A DNA stretch of 64,000 nucleotides from an uncultured Candidatus Saccharibacteria bacterium (GCA_964434195.1 CAYSUI010000001.1:79833-143832); one strand, 5' to 3'. Counted from the first letter of the stretch, positions 18,061 through 28,444 are shown. Program-made: numbers and translations. The notes: generated by a model not told the origin, from the sequence alone.

Positions 18061-18897
18061 ATGGAACAAAACAATCCTCAGAAAAACAAAAATGAAAGTT
18101 TTTTCCAAAAAAACCAAAATTACATAATAGCAGGGGTAATTGTACTGCTACTCATTATTTACTTCGCAACACAAAAGCCAGCAAATACTGAGCAAGCACA
18201 GGAAGACCAGAATACCGAGCAAACCAGCTCAGATTCTACAGAAACCCCAAGCACAGAGACTTCTGATAACAAAGAAGGCGAAAAGATATCAGCAGACAGT
18301 GAAGAAAAAAAACCAGAAACTGCCATGAGTTCGGATAAAAAGGCTGAAGAAAAGCCTAAGACTGAAACCAAAACAGAATCTATGGAGAAAACTCAAGAAA
18401 CCTCTGGTAACCTAACTGTTTCTGGAACCTTAATGAAGAGTGATAACCCTTCTAAGGGCAACCTTATGGTTATGAAAGATGCAAGCAAATACTATGTTTC
18501 TACAAAAAGAGATTTTAGTGCTTGGACAGATAAACAGGTTACTCTTCTTGCCGACGGAACAGCTAAGGATTATAAATTCCTAGGCTTCAAAGAAGCGAGC
18601 GCTAGTAAATCTGACACAAACATGAGTGTTGGAGGAAAGACAGATACCACAGCTAAGGGCGGAAACAGTGAAGCCCCTGATGCTATGACGGTAAAGACTG
18701 GTGACCTAAATTTCTCTGGAACTCTAAAGAAATCCAGCGATACAGCTAAAGGAAATTACGTAATAGAGAGCGGAAAGAGCAAAATTTATCTTAAGACCAA
18801 CAAGGATTACTCTGGGTGGGAAAACAAGGAAGTAAATGCAACTGCTACCGGTACCCTAAACAGTTTTACTGGGTTAGTGCTTACGGAAAAGAAATAG
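18061..18897 (+). CDS. membrane-anchored secreted protein with low-complexity E/K/T-rich linker and duplicated C-terminal domain
   Basis: N-terminal TM helix. The segment 'GNLTVSGTLMKSDNPSKGNLMVMK..' recurs as 'GDLNFSGTLKKSSDTAKGNYVIES..' (internal duplication). Confidence 0.55.
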   Translation: MEQNNPQKNKNESFFQKNQNYIIAGVIVLLLIIYFATQKPANTEQAQEDQNTEQTSSDSTETPSTETSDNKEGEKISADSEEKKPETAMSSDKKAEEKPKTETKTESMEKTQETSGNLTVSGTLMKSDNPSKGNLMVMKDASKYYVSTKRDFSAWTDKQVTLLADGTAKDYKFLGFKEASASKSDTNMSVGGKTDTTAKGGNSEAPDAMTVKTGDLNFSGTLKKSSDTAKGNYVIESGKSKIYLKTNKDYSGWENKEVNATATGTLNSFTGLVLTEKK

Positions 18898-18936
18898 TGT
18901 TAGAAAAAAAGACCGTCTCGTATATGCGAGGCGGTT

Positions 18937-19377
18937 TTAATATGTGACATTGAAAATTCGTCGGGTGGAGCTATAAATATTCCGAATGGCAGATTCGGTA
19001 AATTGGCCGGGACGGGAGAGGAAACGAACGTTTTGTTCTATAGTCTCCCAGTCGTAGCTTGGGAACTTACCCTTACCAAAGCTCACTAAAGCCTCTGCGC
19101 GTTCTTTGTACTCGTTTAGGGCGAGGTCTATGGCGCCCCCTGCGAACAAGAAAGCGATTTCGTTTTCACCGGAAGGAATGGCGTCGATTTCTGCGAAAAA
19201 GGTAATCACTCCGCTGAACTCTTCAGGAGTGAACGACAGAAGGAATGAGGCGTTGGAATCTACTGACCAGAATAGCCCAGACCAGCGCTCTGCCCAGCCT
19301 TTGGGTAACTGGTACGCACGGGCCAAGAGCAAGTCCTGAATCTGAAAGGGGTTATCTATAGCGATAACTTCGCTCAT
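18937..19377 (-). CDS. hypothetical protein
   Basis: 146-aa ORF with somewhat higher GC. No motif recognised. Confidence 0.4.
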   Translation of the reverse strand: MSEVIAIDNPFQIQDLLLARAYQLPKGWAERWSGLFWSVDSNASFLLSFTPEEFSGVITFFAEIDAIPSGENEIAFLFAGGAIDLALNEYKERAEALVSFGKGKFPSYDWETIEQNVRFLSRPGQFTESAIRNIYSSTRRIFNVTY

Positions 19378-19466
19378 TTTGTTTCTCCTTTTGCTATGAT
19401 ACAGTTGGGGTTGGAAAGATTTGATACTATAATATAAAATAAGCTTTTTGGCAATACTTTAACCAA

Positions 19467-20348
19467 ATGACATTAGAATTTTTTAAGAAAACATGGGATT
19501 TTGAATTACTCGACTCTGGGGAAGGTTTTAGACTTGAGCGGTTTGGTGGAGTTAAACTAAAAAGACCAGACCCACAGGTGATCTGGAAGAAGTCTTTACC
19601 TGAAATGGATTGGAAAAGTGTAGATGCCGAATTTATTACGAGATGGGATATTAAGAATAAAGAAATTTTTAAGAAGCCTTGGGTGGTTAAGTGGCAAGAT
19701 ACGAAATTCTTACTTAAGTTGTCCCCTTTTAAACATACTGGCTTATTTGCGGAACAGGCTGGAAATTGGGAGTGGCTGGAACACCAAGTTAAAAGTTTAT
19801 CAAGTTATAAAGTTCATAAAGAAAATACAGGAAAGCCGAAGATACTCAACCTCTTTGGCTACACGGGGGCAGTTACGATGGTTTTAACCCGGCTTGGGTG
19901 TTTTGTTACCCATGTAGATGCTAGTAAGCCTACAATTGGCTGGGCAAAGGAGAATCAGGCGTTAAATAAGCTGCCGGGTGATGCAGTTCGCTGGATACTG
20001 GATGACTGCGTAAAGTTTGTTAAAAGAGAGGTAAAGCGCGGTGCGCTGTACGACGGGATAATTATGGATCCACCTGCATTTGGACATTCCCCTACTGGGG
20101 GTACTTGGAAGTTTAACGAAGACCTTCCGGGGTTGCTTCGAGACTGTGTTAAGTTACTTTCTCCGAATGCTAAATTTTTACTTATAAATGGCTATGCCAC
20201 TAACTCTTCTGGGATCGCGCTTGGGAATATACTTGAAGACGAGACTCGCAACTTGGGTGGGAAGGTAGAATTTGGAGAGCTCTGCTTGAAGGAAACGAAT
20301 AGAGATAGAATGCTTTCTACCGGAATTTTTGCTCGGTGGTCAAAATAA
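19467..20348 (+). CDS. class I SAM-dependent methyltransferase, RlmI/RlmK-like (probable rRNA methyltransferase)
   Basis: Motif I-like LFGYTGAVTMV and motif IV IIMDPPAFG (DPP[SF]F of RlmI-type MTases). Size of about 290 aa. Confidence 0.55.
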   Translation: MTLEFFKKTWDFELLDSGEGFRLERFGGVKLKRPDPQVIWKKSLPEMDWKSVDAEFITRWDIKNKEIFKKPWVVKWQDTKFLLKLSPFKHTGLFAEQAGNWEWLEHQVKSLSSYKVHKENTGKPKILNLFGYTGAVTMVLTRLGCFVTHVDASKPTIGWAKENQALNKLPGDAVRWILDDCVKFVKREVKRGALYDGIIMDPPAFGHSPTGGTWKFNEDLPGLLRDCVKLLSPNAKFLLINGYATNSSGIALGNILEDETRNLGGKVEFGELCLKETNRDRMLSTGIFARWSK

Positions 20349-20349
20349 T

Positions 20350-20652
20350 ATGAGTGATTATAGAGAAAAATTTAGACCTACTCCTGGTACATTGCTCAGA
20401 GAAGAAACCTACAAGGAAATCGCAACTCACTTAGATGACCATCCTGAATATGTTGAATATGCAAGGGGTTCACGGTTTATCATTCCGGGCGAGATAATGG
20501 ACACTTGGATAAACGGTAATATCACCAACGAATCTGTGTACTCATGCGTTCCTTTTTTGCAAGGAACACAGAGACCGGTAAGTCGCAAGGAATCCACTAT
20601 AGCCAGGATCTTTGGAGAGAAACTAATACAGACGATTTTGTTGCGAAACTGA
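20350..20652 (+). CDS. hypothetical ORF (frame A of an overlapping pair)
   Basis: ATG at 20350 (MSDYREKF...). Overlaps the out-of-frame ORF 20544..20876, so possibly one gene disrupted by a frameshift. Confidence 0.3.
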   Translation: MSDYREKFRPTPGTLLREETYKEIATHLDDHPEYVEYARGSRFIIPGEIMDTWINGNITNESVYSCVPFLQGTQRPVSRKESTIARIFGEKLIQTILLRN

Positions 20653-20876
20653 AGGAGTGGGAAGCGGGACCGATAAATATGGCCCTAATTCGAAATAAAC
20701 ATTCCAGATTTGGCGAAAGCAAAGTTACTGACTTGAGTCATCGTTTTAAGGAAAGAGTAGTTGTAATAAACCTGGACCGAGATGAAACTTATCATAGTAT
20801 TTATGTCCCAGAAAAAGAGATAATTGTAGTTCAATTCACTAAACCTAAGATTTTTAGAGTCTATCAAGCATTTTAA
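20544..20876 (+). CDS. hypothetical ORF (frame B of an overlapping pair)
   Basis: 110-aa ORF overlapping the preceding ORF by 109 nt in a different frame. Confidence 0.3.
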   Translation: MRSFFARNTETGKSQGIHYSQDLWRETNTDDFVAKLKEWEAGPINMALIRNKHSRFGESKVTDLSHRFKERVVVINLDRDETYHSIYVPEKEIIVVQFTKPKIFRVYQAF

Positions 20877-20962
20877 AAATATCGAAGACCTACCAAATGT
20901 TTTTTTCAAAGTTCTAAAAAGATTATTAAAATGTCAAAAAAAACATGCGTTTTCGCATGATA

Positions 20963-21775
20963 TTATTTTTCCTCTCTAAGTTGCCGTTCGATTTCAGAAG
21001 TTTGGAAAACTACCACTCTGTGGTCACCTCTATTCCCGTACACGTACATGCGCTTGACCATATTCTCGATGATCCAGACGCAAAACGCAATAATGCCGTA
21101 CCGAACACAGCTATACAAAGAGATGTAATGCAGAGTCCCAACGGCTTCCTTAAGTACTCGATGAGTTCTTTGGATGCGTTCTTGGAGGAATTCATACTCT
21201 TTCTGGAGCATTCCTAAAGCAATATCCTTTTCATTAAGAAGTGAAGAAGCTAAGCTCGCCTCCTGCTTTGCCTTAGAAAGCTCACGGCCATAACTCTTCT
21301 CAATCTGCTCTGGAGTAAGATCTTTTTCATCACCCAAGACCTCGACCCCAACATGACCAGCGTAAACCTCCATCAATAGGTTTACTAACTTCTCCTGAGC
21401 GATATGAGCACGCCATAACTTATCTCTTGAGACAAGCACAATGTGCCCGGTATTCTCGACCAGTATTTGCATATCTGAGCCGGGAATAAATTGCTCTTTC
21501 AGCCTGACAGGCTGACTGAGGTTATTACGGATAGGGATCAAGAAAGAACTCTCGTAATGTGGAAGTTTTCTACACGCTGAGTCCTGTGTAGTCACAAGCA
21601 ATAATTCAAGAGGCCGGGCCTCTGAAAGAATCATATGTGTTGATTCACCGCTTGTTATGAATGGGAGAGTTGAACCTAATACAACTAACCTACTCAAGGT
21701 AGCTGGGTAGTAGATAGTCGCGAATTTCCCTGACTCAGCATTTGCATAGACAGAAATCTCACCGTTTCGAATCAT
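20963..21775 (-). CDS. hypothetical protein; higher GC
   Basis: 270-aa ORF. C-terminal half is predicted helical and charged. No family recognised. Confidence 0.45.
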   Translation of the reverse strand: MIRNGEISVYANAESGKFATIYYPATLSRLVVLGSTLPFITSGESTHMILSEARPLELLLVTTQDSACRKLPHYESSFLIPIRNNLSQPVRLKEQFIPGSDMQILVENTGHIVLVSRDKLWRAHIAQEKLVNLLMEVYAGHVGVEVLGDEKDLTPEQIEKSYGRELSKAKQEASLASSLLNEKDIALGMLQKEYEFLQERIQRTHRVLKEAVGTLHYISLYSCVRYGIIAFCVWIIENMVKRMYVYGNRGDHRVVVFQTSEIERQLREEK

Positions 21776-21908
21776 GTTTAACTCCTATTTCAGATTTGGT
21801 AGATAGCCCGAGTCATAAACCCGAACCCACTTGGACATGGTCCAATACCAGTTCACAGAATGAACTAGAGATTATACATAAAAAAGAGATTTTGGTCAAT
21901 AAGAAAAA

Positions 21909-22460
21909 TTATAATTCTCCATGATCCGAAATCTGCCGGCCTAGGATTATCAGATAGACTATTGGCAGGGTTAGCCAGACGAAGTTGGCTATTTGACCTA
22001 TAAACAAATAACTTATGAGCTGCGACAGCCTTCCTTGTGCTTCTATTGGGAGCAAGGTCAGAACAATGTTTATGAGTAAACCTATCTGGAAGAAGGCGAA
22101 AATTAACGTAAATATGAAACCTGAGACGTGTTTTCTATCCACCGTGGTCTTGAAGGCGTAGCGGGAAAGAAACAGGAACAGAAGCATAAAAAGAGCGGCG
22201 AAAGCAAGAAGATTCTCATAACCAACCAATGGACCCTTGAGGTGCTTTGCTAATTCCTGAGTCAGGAAAGGCGCTTCTAGAACCAAGAGTTTACTTATAT
22301 AGATACTAATAAGTATAGAAAGTACTCGACCTCGGCCTGCGGCAAATGCGTATAGCACACTTGCTACCCCCCAAAAAAGAAAAATAAAAAGGTCCCAACT
22401 TGGACTATGCCAGTTGAATTGTTTTATTAATGTTTCAATTTTATCTGCTTGGTCTCTCAT
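21909..22460 (-). CDS. integral membrane protein (hypothetical, CvpA-like topology)
   Basis: 183 aa with four or five TM helices. Weak resemblance to CvpA-type proteins; not confirmed. Confidence 0.4.
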   Translation of the reverse strand: MRDQADKIETLIKQFNWHSPSWDLFIFLFWGVASVLYAFAAGRGRVLSILISIYISKLLVLEAPFLTQELAKHLKGPLVGYENLLAFAALFMLLFLFLSRYAFKTTVDRKHVSGFIFTLIFAFFQIGLLINIVLTLLPIEAQGRLSQLISYLFIGQIANFVWLTLPIVYLIILGRQISDHGEL

Positions 22461-22623
22461 TTATGGTAGTATGACGGTATGATATTTTCTGCTGATTACT
22501 CCGAAACTGCCAAAGAAGCGCGTACTCATCAAAAAATATCATACACTCAAACTCTATAACTTAATTATAGCACCGTAGAATTATTATGGGTTGGATTGGC
22601 TGGTTTGAGGGTAGGTGGGGCGG

Positions 22624-23601
22624 TTACTTGGGGCGGTATTTGTGGATGTAGAGCTGACCAATTAGGTCACCCGAAGTAATATATTCACCCTTTTCACTTA
22701 ATTGTTTTACTGGTGCTGCTGTGAAAGCTGCAGCTGAAAGAGCCGGGACTTTAAATGTAAATTCGGTTAACTTGTTTCTGTCGTTATATTTTTCACTAGT
22801 ACTAACCTCAAAGTATTTGTTCAAAGAATTATTTTGTTTGTTTTTGTATAAGACCCAAGTATGAGAAGCATAATTTTGTTGTATAGAATGAACGTCCGAC
22901 TTATCTATTAGATAAAAATTATTCGATTTATCCCAAAACATTCCGTAAATTGTATCAGAATCCAGCTTATCGTAACCTGGGAAGAATAAGTATTTATCTG
23001 AATCATTGGAATAAGTCTTAACAAGAGCAGCATTTACAATAAAACTAAGATTATCTACTGTGATTTCTGCAGTACCAACACTAACATATTTGGTATACTC
23101 TGGAGTATTTTTTACAATAAAATCACCTTCAAGATTTTTTACTTTTACTTTTACTGAATTATTTCTTATTTTATACTCTATCTCCAATGCTTCCTTTGAA
23201 GAAAAGTCACTTGCTGGAATTACAGTATAACTTTCAACAAATTTATTAGGAATTACCTGTTTTTTGGGATTCAGGGTTTCAGCGTAATCATTCTCAGAAA
23301 TATTTTGATAGTCGTATTTGTTGAAATAATAATGTATAAAATTTTGACCTTCTTGTATCCGATTCAAACTGACACTTGAATAAAACAAGTCCCCTTTTGA
23401 ATCTTGACCCATAAGCAGAAGCTCATCTGAGAAGAAAGCCTTATGATTGTTTTGGATACCGTCACCGATGGGTGGCTGTTGCTTAAAGAATTTTAAACCG
23501 TAAAAAGCGGTTAATATAGAACCTAAAAGAAAACCAATAGCCAAGAAACTCATGGTTTTGCCTGAAATAAGTTTTGAAGCCGCTGATTTTGATTGATCCA
23601 T
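22624..23601 (-). CDS. membrane-anchored extracytoplasmic protein (hypothetical)
   Basis: N-terminal TM/signal anchor (MSFLAIGFLLGSILTAFYGL). Asn/Tyr-rich beta-rich body. Abuts the downstream PEP-utilising enzyme gene (2-nt gap). Confidence 0.45.
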   Translation of the reverse strand: MDQSKSAASKLISGKTMSFLAIGFLLGSILTAFYGLKFFKQQPPIGDGIQNNHKAFFSDELLLMGQDSKGDLFYSSVSLNRIQEGQNFIHYYFNKYDYQNISENDYAETLNPKKQVIPNKFVESYTVIPASDFSSKEALEIEYKIRNNSVKVKVKNLEGDFIVKNTPEYTKYVSVGTAEITVDNLSFIVNAALVKTYSNDSDKYLFFPGYDKLDSDTIYGMFWDKSNNFYLIDKSDVHSIQQNYASHTWVLYKNKQNNSLNKYFEVSTSEKYNDRNKLTEFTFKVPALSAAAFTAAPVKQLSEKGEYITSGDLIGQLYIHKYRPK

Positions 23602-23602
23602 A

Positions 23603-25783
23603 TTAATTTAAAAATTCCACAGTACCCAAAGTACCGTCTATTCTAGCCTCGGAACCCACGGGAACGTTTCCGCCTAAATCTGCTATTACTACCGGAATCC
23701 CGTACTCGCGTGCAAGTATGGCCGCATGAGAAAGTTCTCCACCTACACTGGCTATTAACCCTTTAATTTTACCAAAAACGAAGACTAAGTTTGGGTCTAA
23801 ACTATTATTCCATAGAATATCGATCTGCTTTCCTTGTGCAACGCCTTCAAGTGTTCCTACCTTACCGAAAGCAACCCCACTGCTTATACCTATTCCTTTG
23901 TACACCTTCTCTGACTTTGTTGGTTTTTGAGATTCTAGTAATTGCTCCCAATTTTTTAACTCCAGGTTAGGACCTAAATTTAGTAACTTTAGATGTTGAA
24001 ATCGACTTTTTTCTTGCATAAGAGTCGAAACATTTAATTTCTCACCCTTCACACAATCGTCTATTTTCGAATACCAAATTGAATTATATAGTCTTTGTTC
24101 TGAATCTATAGTTAAGAGTAATGACCGTAATCGACTAAAATCTTTTACCCAAACATCATGAACTAACTCTCTAAGTTTAGTATATGTATCATAAAGACTA
24201 AAAAAAGAACTTAATATTTGCTGGTCCATAACACTCTGATACTTATCTATAAACTCTTCTCTCATTTTTTTGGAATCATCTATTGCCCAAACAGGCGCAT
24301 TTTTTCTACTTAGCATTTCGAAAAGCATTTTTGGGTTTTCACTAAACCTTGGATTAGCAAGCTCCATTTCTTCCAGAGCCCTGTGACCAAATTTCTTCAA
24401 AAGATACTCCTGGTTGGCAGGAGAAGTACCAGGAATAATAGCTATTTCATGAACAACACCTGACTTAAGTACCTTCTCTATATCTTCTGGGCTTAAGTGT
24501 TGCTCTAACTTCTTTTGCAAGAACTCTCTTGAGTATTGTTGGTACATAGAAATTTCCAATACCCAAGGGGTGGTTGTGTAAATTAGCCTTTCCATGACCA
24601 GACTCAATCTTTCAGATGTACTAAGAGATTCATCAAGGATAAATGGCTTAATAGCTTCTTTCTGAATCTTCCTCCAAAAGAAAAGGAATCTATATTGTAA
24701 AACCAATTGTACAAAAAAAGTTCTAGGATTGAGCCATCCTGATTTTCCAAAAAAATATTTAGTCAGTATATCTTCGAATCCCTTATTTAAATATAGCCTT
24801 CCACCTACATAAACCAAGTACTGATTATTTACAAGAACTGACCGTAGTCCAAACTTTTTCAAAACCTTACCCAAAGAACCTTCTCTTGCAAAGATTTTCT
24901 CGAATACCGAGGCGGTCATAGGTGTTGCCGTAACCATACCGTCTGCAAACTGATTTTGCTTTAATATAGGAGGCGTGGGAAAAATTACCTTTAACCTGTT
25001 TATCTCCTCTTGAATCACAGCTTTTGCAGAAGAAAATCTCTCGGTTATCGGCCTTGCTTGCACTAAATATATATTAGTCCCATCCCATACCCACTCAACA
25101 TCTTGTGGTTGACCAAATGTTTTCTCTATTTTAGGAATAATTTCTACAACTTTTTGCACTACAGCTACCGGCATATCTTTGAGACTGGCTGATTTAACTT
25201 CTGTAGTTGTCTTATCTAAGACTAAACGACTTACAGCTTCACCCCCACTTACTACCCCGTAATCTTTTGTACTTGCTTCTAATACAATTACCTTCCCTGA
25301 ATCAGTTGTTTTGCTAGTAAACAACACCCCTGCCCAAATTGGTTTTTTCCATTCCTGAATGATTACACGAAGACTAAAATTACTCGGATCTATGTTATAA
25401 TGCCTTAAATACTCTAAAACTCTTTGACTATCTTTAAGAGCAAATATCTTTTTTACATGAGCCAGTAACTCTTCCTTTGTATTAATTGGACTAAAGGATT
25501 CCAAAACCCCGGCGAAACTTAACACTTCGGAATCTTCCATATTTGCAGAACTTCTAACTATGAGTGGAGGCTTGAGCTGATTAAATACAAACTCTATAGA
25601 TTCAGCACTTACTGACATACAAACAAAACCTTTAGGAACATTAAAATCCCCAGAGATGAGCTGGTACAAATTAAAAGCTTTTCCTCCAACAACCTCTCTC
25701 GGTCTGGCAAAGCTTAGTGGTAAAACTTCCAATTTCATAACTAGCTTAAGTATAGCAAGTGGTTTAATTTTTATTGGAATCAC
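23603..25783 (-). CDS. PEP-utilising enzyme (PEP synthase / rifampin-phosphotransferase-like architecture)
   Basis: N-terminal PEP/pyruvate-binding ATP-grasp segment (ARPREVVGGKAFNLYQL). C-terminal phosphohistidine swivel domain (GGELSHAAILAREYGIPVVIADLGG). Confidence 0.7.
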   Translation of the reverse strand: MIPIKIKPLAILKLVMKLEVLPLSFARPREVVGGKAFNLYQLISGDFNVPKGFVCMSVSAESIEFVFNQLKPPLIVRSSANMEDSEVLSFAGVLESFSPINTKEELLAHVKKIFALKDSQRVLEYLRHYNIDPSNFSLRVIIQEWKKPIWAGVLFTSKTTDSGKVIVLEASTKDYGVVSGGEAVSRLVLDKTTTEVKSASLKDMPVAVVQKVVEIIPKIEKTFGQPQDVEWVWDGTNIYLVQARPITERFSSAKAVIQEEINRLKVIFPTPPILKQNQFADGMVTATPMTASVFEKIFAREGSLGKVLKKFGLRSVLVNNQYLVYVGGRLYLNKGFEDILTKYFFGKSGWLNPRTFFVQLVLQYRFLFFWRKIQKEAIKPFILDESLSTSERLSLVMERLIYTTTPWVLEISMYQQYSREFLQKKLEQHLSPEDIEKVLKSGVVHEIAIIPGTSPANQEYLLKKFGHRALEEMELANPRFSENPKMLFEMLSRKNAPVWAIDDSKKMREEFIDKYQSVMDQQILSSFFSLYDTYTKLRELVHDVWVKDFSRLRSLLLTIDSEQRLYNSIWYSKIDDCVKGEKLNVSTLMQEKSRFQHLKLLNLGPNLELKNWEQLLESQKPTKSEKVYKGIGISSGVAFGKVGTLEGVAQGKQIDILWNNSLDPNLVFVFGKIKGLIASVGGELSHAAILAREYGIPVVIADLGGNVPVGSEARIDGTLGTVEFLN

Positions 25784-26210
25784 TACTCCATTGGCAGCAA
25801 ACGCGATAATAGTACTACCAGTTGCGGTACCTGCTATAACTGGGGGAATTTTTACTTTACTTTTACTTGTAGCTATACCTACTACTTTTTCTGGACTGCT
25901 TTTCCGATTTTTAGGAATAAAAAAAGGCGCAAGTGAAGTTTTTTTAAAAGTGCTTAGTATTTTGTTTTACCACATTATTTTATTTACTATTTTTTTCGTA
26001 TTTGAAAGGTTTACACCAAGAATAATAAGAGTCACGCCCATTTTTACTCTTTGGATAATTTCCGCCATTACTGCTTGGGCATTTTTAGCACCTCAAATAA
26101 TGCATGTGTTTTATAAATTACGTGGAAGAGAAACATTCGAACCAAATTTTTATCAAGGGTTCAGATACTTACTGTGGAATTTATTTTTTTACTTTTTCTT
26201 ACAACTTTAA
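25656..26210 (+). CDS. hydrophobic membrane protein (hypothetical)
   Basis: 184-aa ORF with several TM helices. Its 5' end overlaps the N-terminus of the PEP-utilising enzyme gene on the opposite strand, so the start is uncertain. Confidence 0.3.
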   Translation: MSWYKLKAFPPTTSLGLAKLSGKTSNFITSLSIASGLIFIGITTPLAANAIIVLPVAVPAITGGIFTLLLLVAIPTTFSGLLFRFLGIKKGASEVFLKVLSILFYHIILFTIFFVFERFTPRIIRVTPIFTLWIISAITAWAFLAPQIMHVFYKLRGRETFEPNFYQGFRYLLWNLFFYFFLQL

Positions 26211-26278
26211 TTAACAAACCCCAATACTGGTAAAATAAGAGCATTCATGGCAATATTATTCAATTAGGAGGAACATGA

Positions 26279-26608
26279 ATGAACGAAAGTAAAGAATACG
26301 TTGTCAGTCTCTACTGTGACTGTCGAGAAGACCTACCTATGATCGACAGACAAGCAAGGCTCAAATTTGCCTCTGTTCAGTCCAGGATTGAAACTACTCT
26401 CATTAAAGAAATGTTTCGTAAGGCTTTTGCTGTACATCTCGCATTTGGAGAGTACAATATTTTGGAAGAGATTGCTGGAACAATTGCGGTTCCGGCTTAT
26501 CTACGAATAGAATGCTCAGAAAGAGTGGCAGATATAATGCAACGCTATTACCCGCTAACCTTTTATGCAACCCAAGAAGATCGTGTAGATTTTCTACCTT
26601 TGAAATAG
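26279..26608 (+). CDS. hypothetical protein
   Basis: 109-aa ORF with good RBS (AGGAGG, 7 nt upstream of ATG). Convergent terminator shared with dnaJ. Confidence 0.5.
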   Translation: MNESKEYVVSLYCDCREDLPMIDRQARLKFASVQSRIETTLIKEMFRKAFAVHLAFGEYNILEEIAGTIAVPAYLRIECSERVADIMQRYYPLTFYATQEDRVDFLPLK

Positions 26609-26620
26609 TGGCTTAATTTA

Positions 26621-26652
26621 AAAAGACTCAACTAAATGAGTCTTTTATTTTT
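26621..26652. terminator. bidirectional terminator between the 26279 ORF and dnaJ
   Basis: Hairpin aaaagactca-actaaa-tgagtctttt followed by a T-run. Overlaps the dnaJ stop. Confidence 0.5.
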
Positions 26653-27779
26653 TCCCAAAGTGAGTCACTTACTTCTACGGATTCACCCCTAAGCTTTGCT
26701 AATTGCTCTAAGAGCTCTTGTTCCTGCTTGGTAAGCTTGATTGGAGTTACCACCCTTGCTGTAAGCATAAGATCCCCTTTTCTGTTGGAATTAATATGGG
26801 GTATTCCTTTACCAGAGAGTTTAAAAACTGTACCAGACTGTGTACCTGCAGGGATTTTTAACTCAATATTACCCTCTAATGTTTTTACTTTAATCTTGGC
26901 TCCCAAAGAAGCTTCCGTAAAACTTACAGGAACATCTTTATGAAGATTAAAACCATCTCTTGTGTATTCCTTACTGGACTGAACCCTTACTGAAATATAC
27001 AAATCCCCAGGTTCTGTACCCCTGTACCCCACTTCTCCCTCATGCTCTATTCTAACTCTTTGACCGTTGTCTATGCCGGCTGGAATTTTTACAGAAAGTT
27101 TTTTTACACGTCTTAAAATCCCACTTCCGCTACAGACACTACATGGAGTCTCTGGGATCTTACCCTCACCATCGCACTTCTCACACGTTTGCGCAGAATT
27201 TATGTTTCCGAATATAGTACGTCTTTGTGTAACCACCTGACCCTTACCTCTACAAACTGTACAAGTAATTATTTTACTTCCAGGGGCAGCACCTTTACCA
27301 TCGCAAACATTACATGCATCCTGTTTTTCTATGGTAATTTCTTTTTCTACTCCAAATACTGACTCCTCGAATGAAATACTGATACCTACCTCTAAATCTA
27401 TACCTCTTTTTCTAGCCTGCCTCTGTTCTCGAGTACCGAAGATATCGCCGAAGATATCCCCGAAATCGAACTCGAACCCTTGAGAACCACCAAAACCACT
27501 AAAATCGAAGCCGCCATTACCTCCAAATGGATTTCCACCACCAAAACCACCACCGTTTCTAGCAGCTTGGTCAAAAGTCTGCCCATACTGATCGTATTGT
27601 TGTCTCTTACTAGAGTCACTCAATACCTGGTAGGCTTCGTTTACTTCCTTAAACTTTTCCGCATCTCCACCGCTTTTATCTGGGTGATATTGATGAGCTA
27701 ATTTACGATACGCTTTTTTTATTTCGTCTTGAGAAGCGGATTTATTTATTCCTAGAATGTCATAGAAATTTTTTGCCAT
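26628..27779 (-). CDS. dnaJ: molecular chaperone DnaJ
   Basis: J-domain ([31 protein letters not shown]), G/F-rich region, and four CxxCxGxG zinc-finger repeats. Confidence 0.95.
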   Translation of the reverse strand: MAKNFYDILGINKSASQDEIKKAYRKLAHQYHPDKSGGDAEKFKEVNEAYQVLSDSSKRQQYDQYGQTFDQAARNGGGFGGGNPFGGNGGFDFSGFGGSQGFEFDFGDIFGDIFGTREQRQARKRGIDLEVGISISFEESVFGVEKEITIEKQDACNVCDGKGAAPGSKIITCTVCRGKGQVVTQRRTIFGNINSAQTCEKCDGEGKIPETPCSVCSGSGILRRVKKLSVKIPAGIDNGQRVRIEHEGEVGYRGTEPGDLYISVRVQSSKEYTRDGFNLHKDVPVSFTEASLGAKIKVKTLEGNIELKIPAGTQSGTVFKLSGKGIPHINSNRKGDLMLTARVVTPIKLTKQEQELLEQLAKLRGESVEVSDSLWEKIKDSFS

Positions 27780-27781
27780 AC

Positions 27782-28093
27782 TTATTCAGTTTGAAATCCT
27801 ATACGATTCGCAGGTGCGTTAGTGTCCTGAATTTTACCGAACTGTTCTTCGAAACGTTTAATGTTTTCGGCTAGTGCGGAAACTAATCTTTTGGCGTGAC
27901 CGGGGGAAATAATTACTCTTGAGGTAACTATTCCACTACCACCTAGTAAATTCATAAAATCAATTACGAACTCTTCCTGTGTGTGGCCGATTTGCGCCAT
28001 GTTTGAGAAAACACCCTTTAAAACTTCGTCTGTAATTTTTACTTGAATTTGCTGGCCATTTTGCTGACCAGGATTTGATTGCGCGTTATCCAT
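27782..28093 (-). CDS. conserved hypothetical protein (DUF3467-like), co-oriented with dnaJ
   Basis: 103-aa ORF ending 2 nt before the dnaJ start. Family assignment is from memory only. Confidence 0.4.
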   Translation of the reverse strand: MDNAQSNPGQQNGQQIQVKITDEVLKGVFSNMAQIGHTQEEFVIDFMNLLGGSGIVTSRVIISPGHAKRLVSALAENIKRFEEQFGKIQDTNAPANRIGFQTE

Positions 28094-28180
28094 ATTCGTT
28101 GACTTTATTTAGTATTTATGATAAATTTTGATTTTGTAATTGCCCTTAACTATTGGTGTCGGAAAATTTAACGGAGGGTT

Positions 28181-28444
28181 ATGGACGAGAGAGCTATACT
28201 CTTTCTGGTGGGTTTCGCTTTGCTATGTTTCTCAGAAAAATTAGCTTTTTATCTCGATAAGTTATATTCAAGTTATCGAGACGGGAAATTTACTAATGTG
28301 GTTAAACTTTGGTTGCAATTTACCGGAGACTTAATTTTGGGATTAGTTGCCTGGACAATCCTGGTTTTAATTTTGTTACCAGAGTTTTTTTTCAGATTCT
28401 TTGAAAAGAAAACCAAGAATACATCACAACCGGAAGAGGGTTAA
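28181..28444 (+). CDS. small membrane protein (hypothetical) embedded antisense within the dnaK-dnaJ region
   Basis: 87 aa with two TM helices. Followed by its own terminator hairpin and T-run at 28428-28460. Confidence 0.4.
   Translation: MDERAILFLVGFALLCFSEKLAFYLDKLYSSYRDGKFTNVVKLWLQFTGDLILGLVAWTILVLILLPEFFFRFFEKKTKNTSQPEEG

Noticed and set aside
26628-27779. Alternative genetic code (UGA recoding, as in Gracilibacteria/Absconditabacteria)
   Set aside because: dnaJ and other conserved genes terminate at TGA at the expected position with full-length products. This is consistent with the standard bacterial code.
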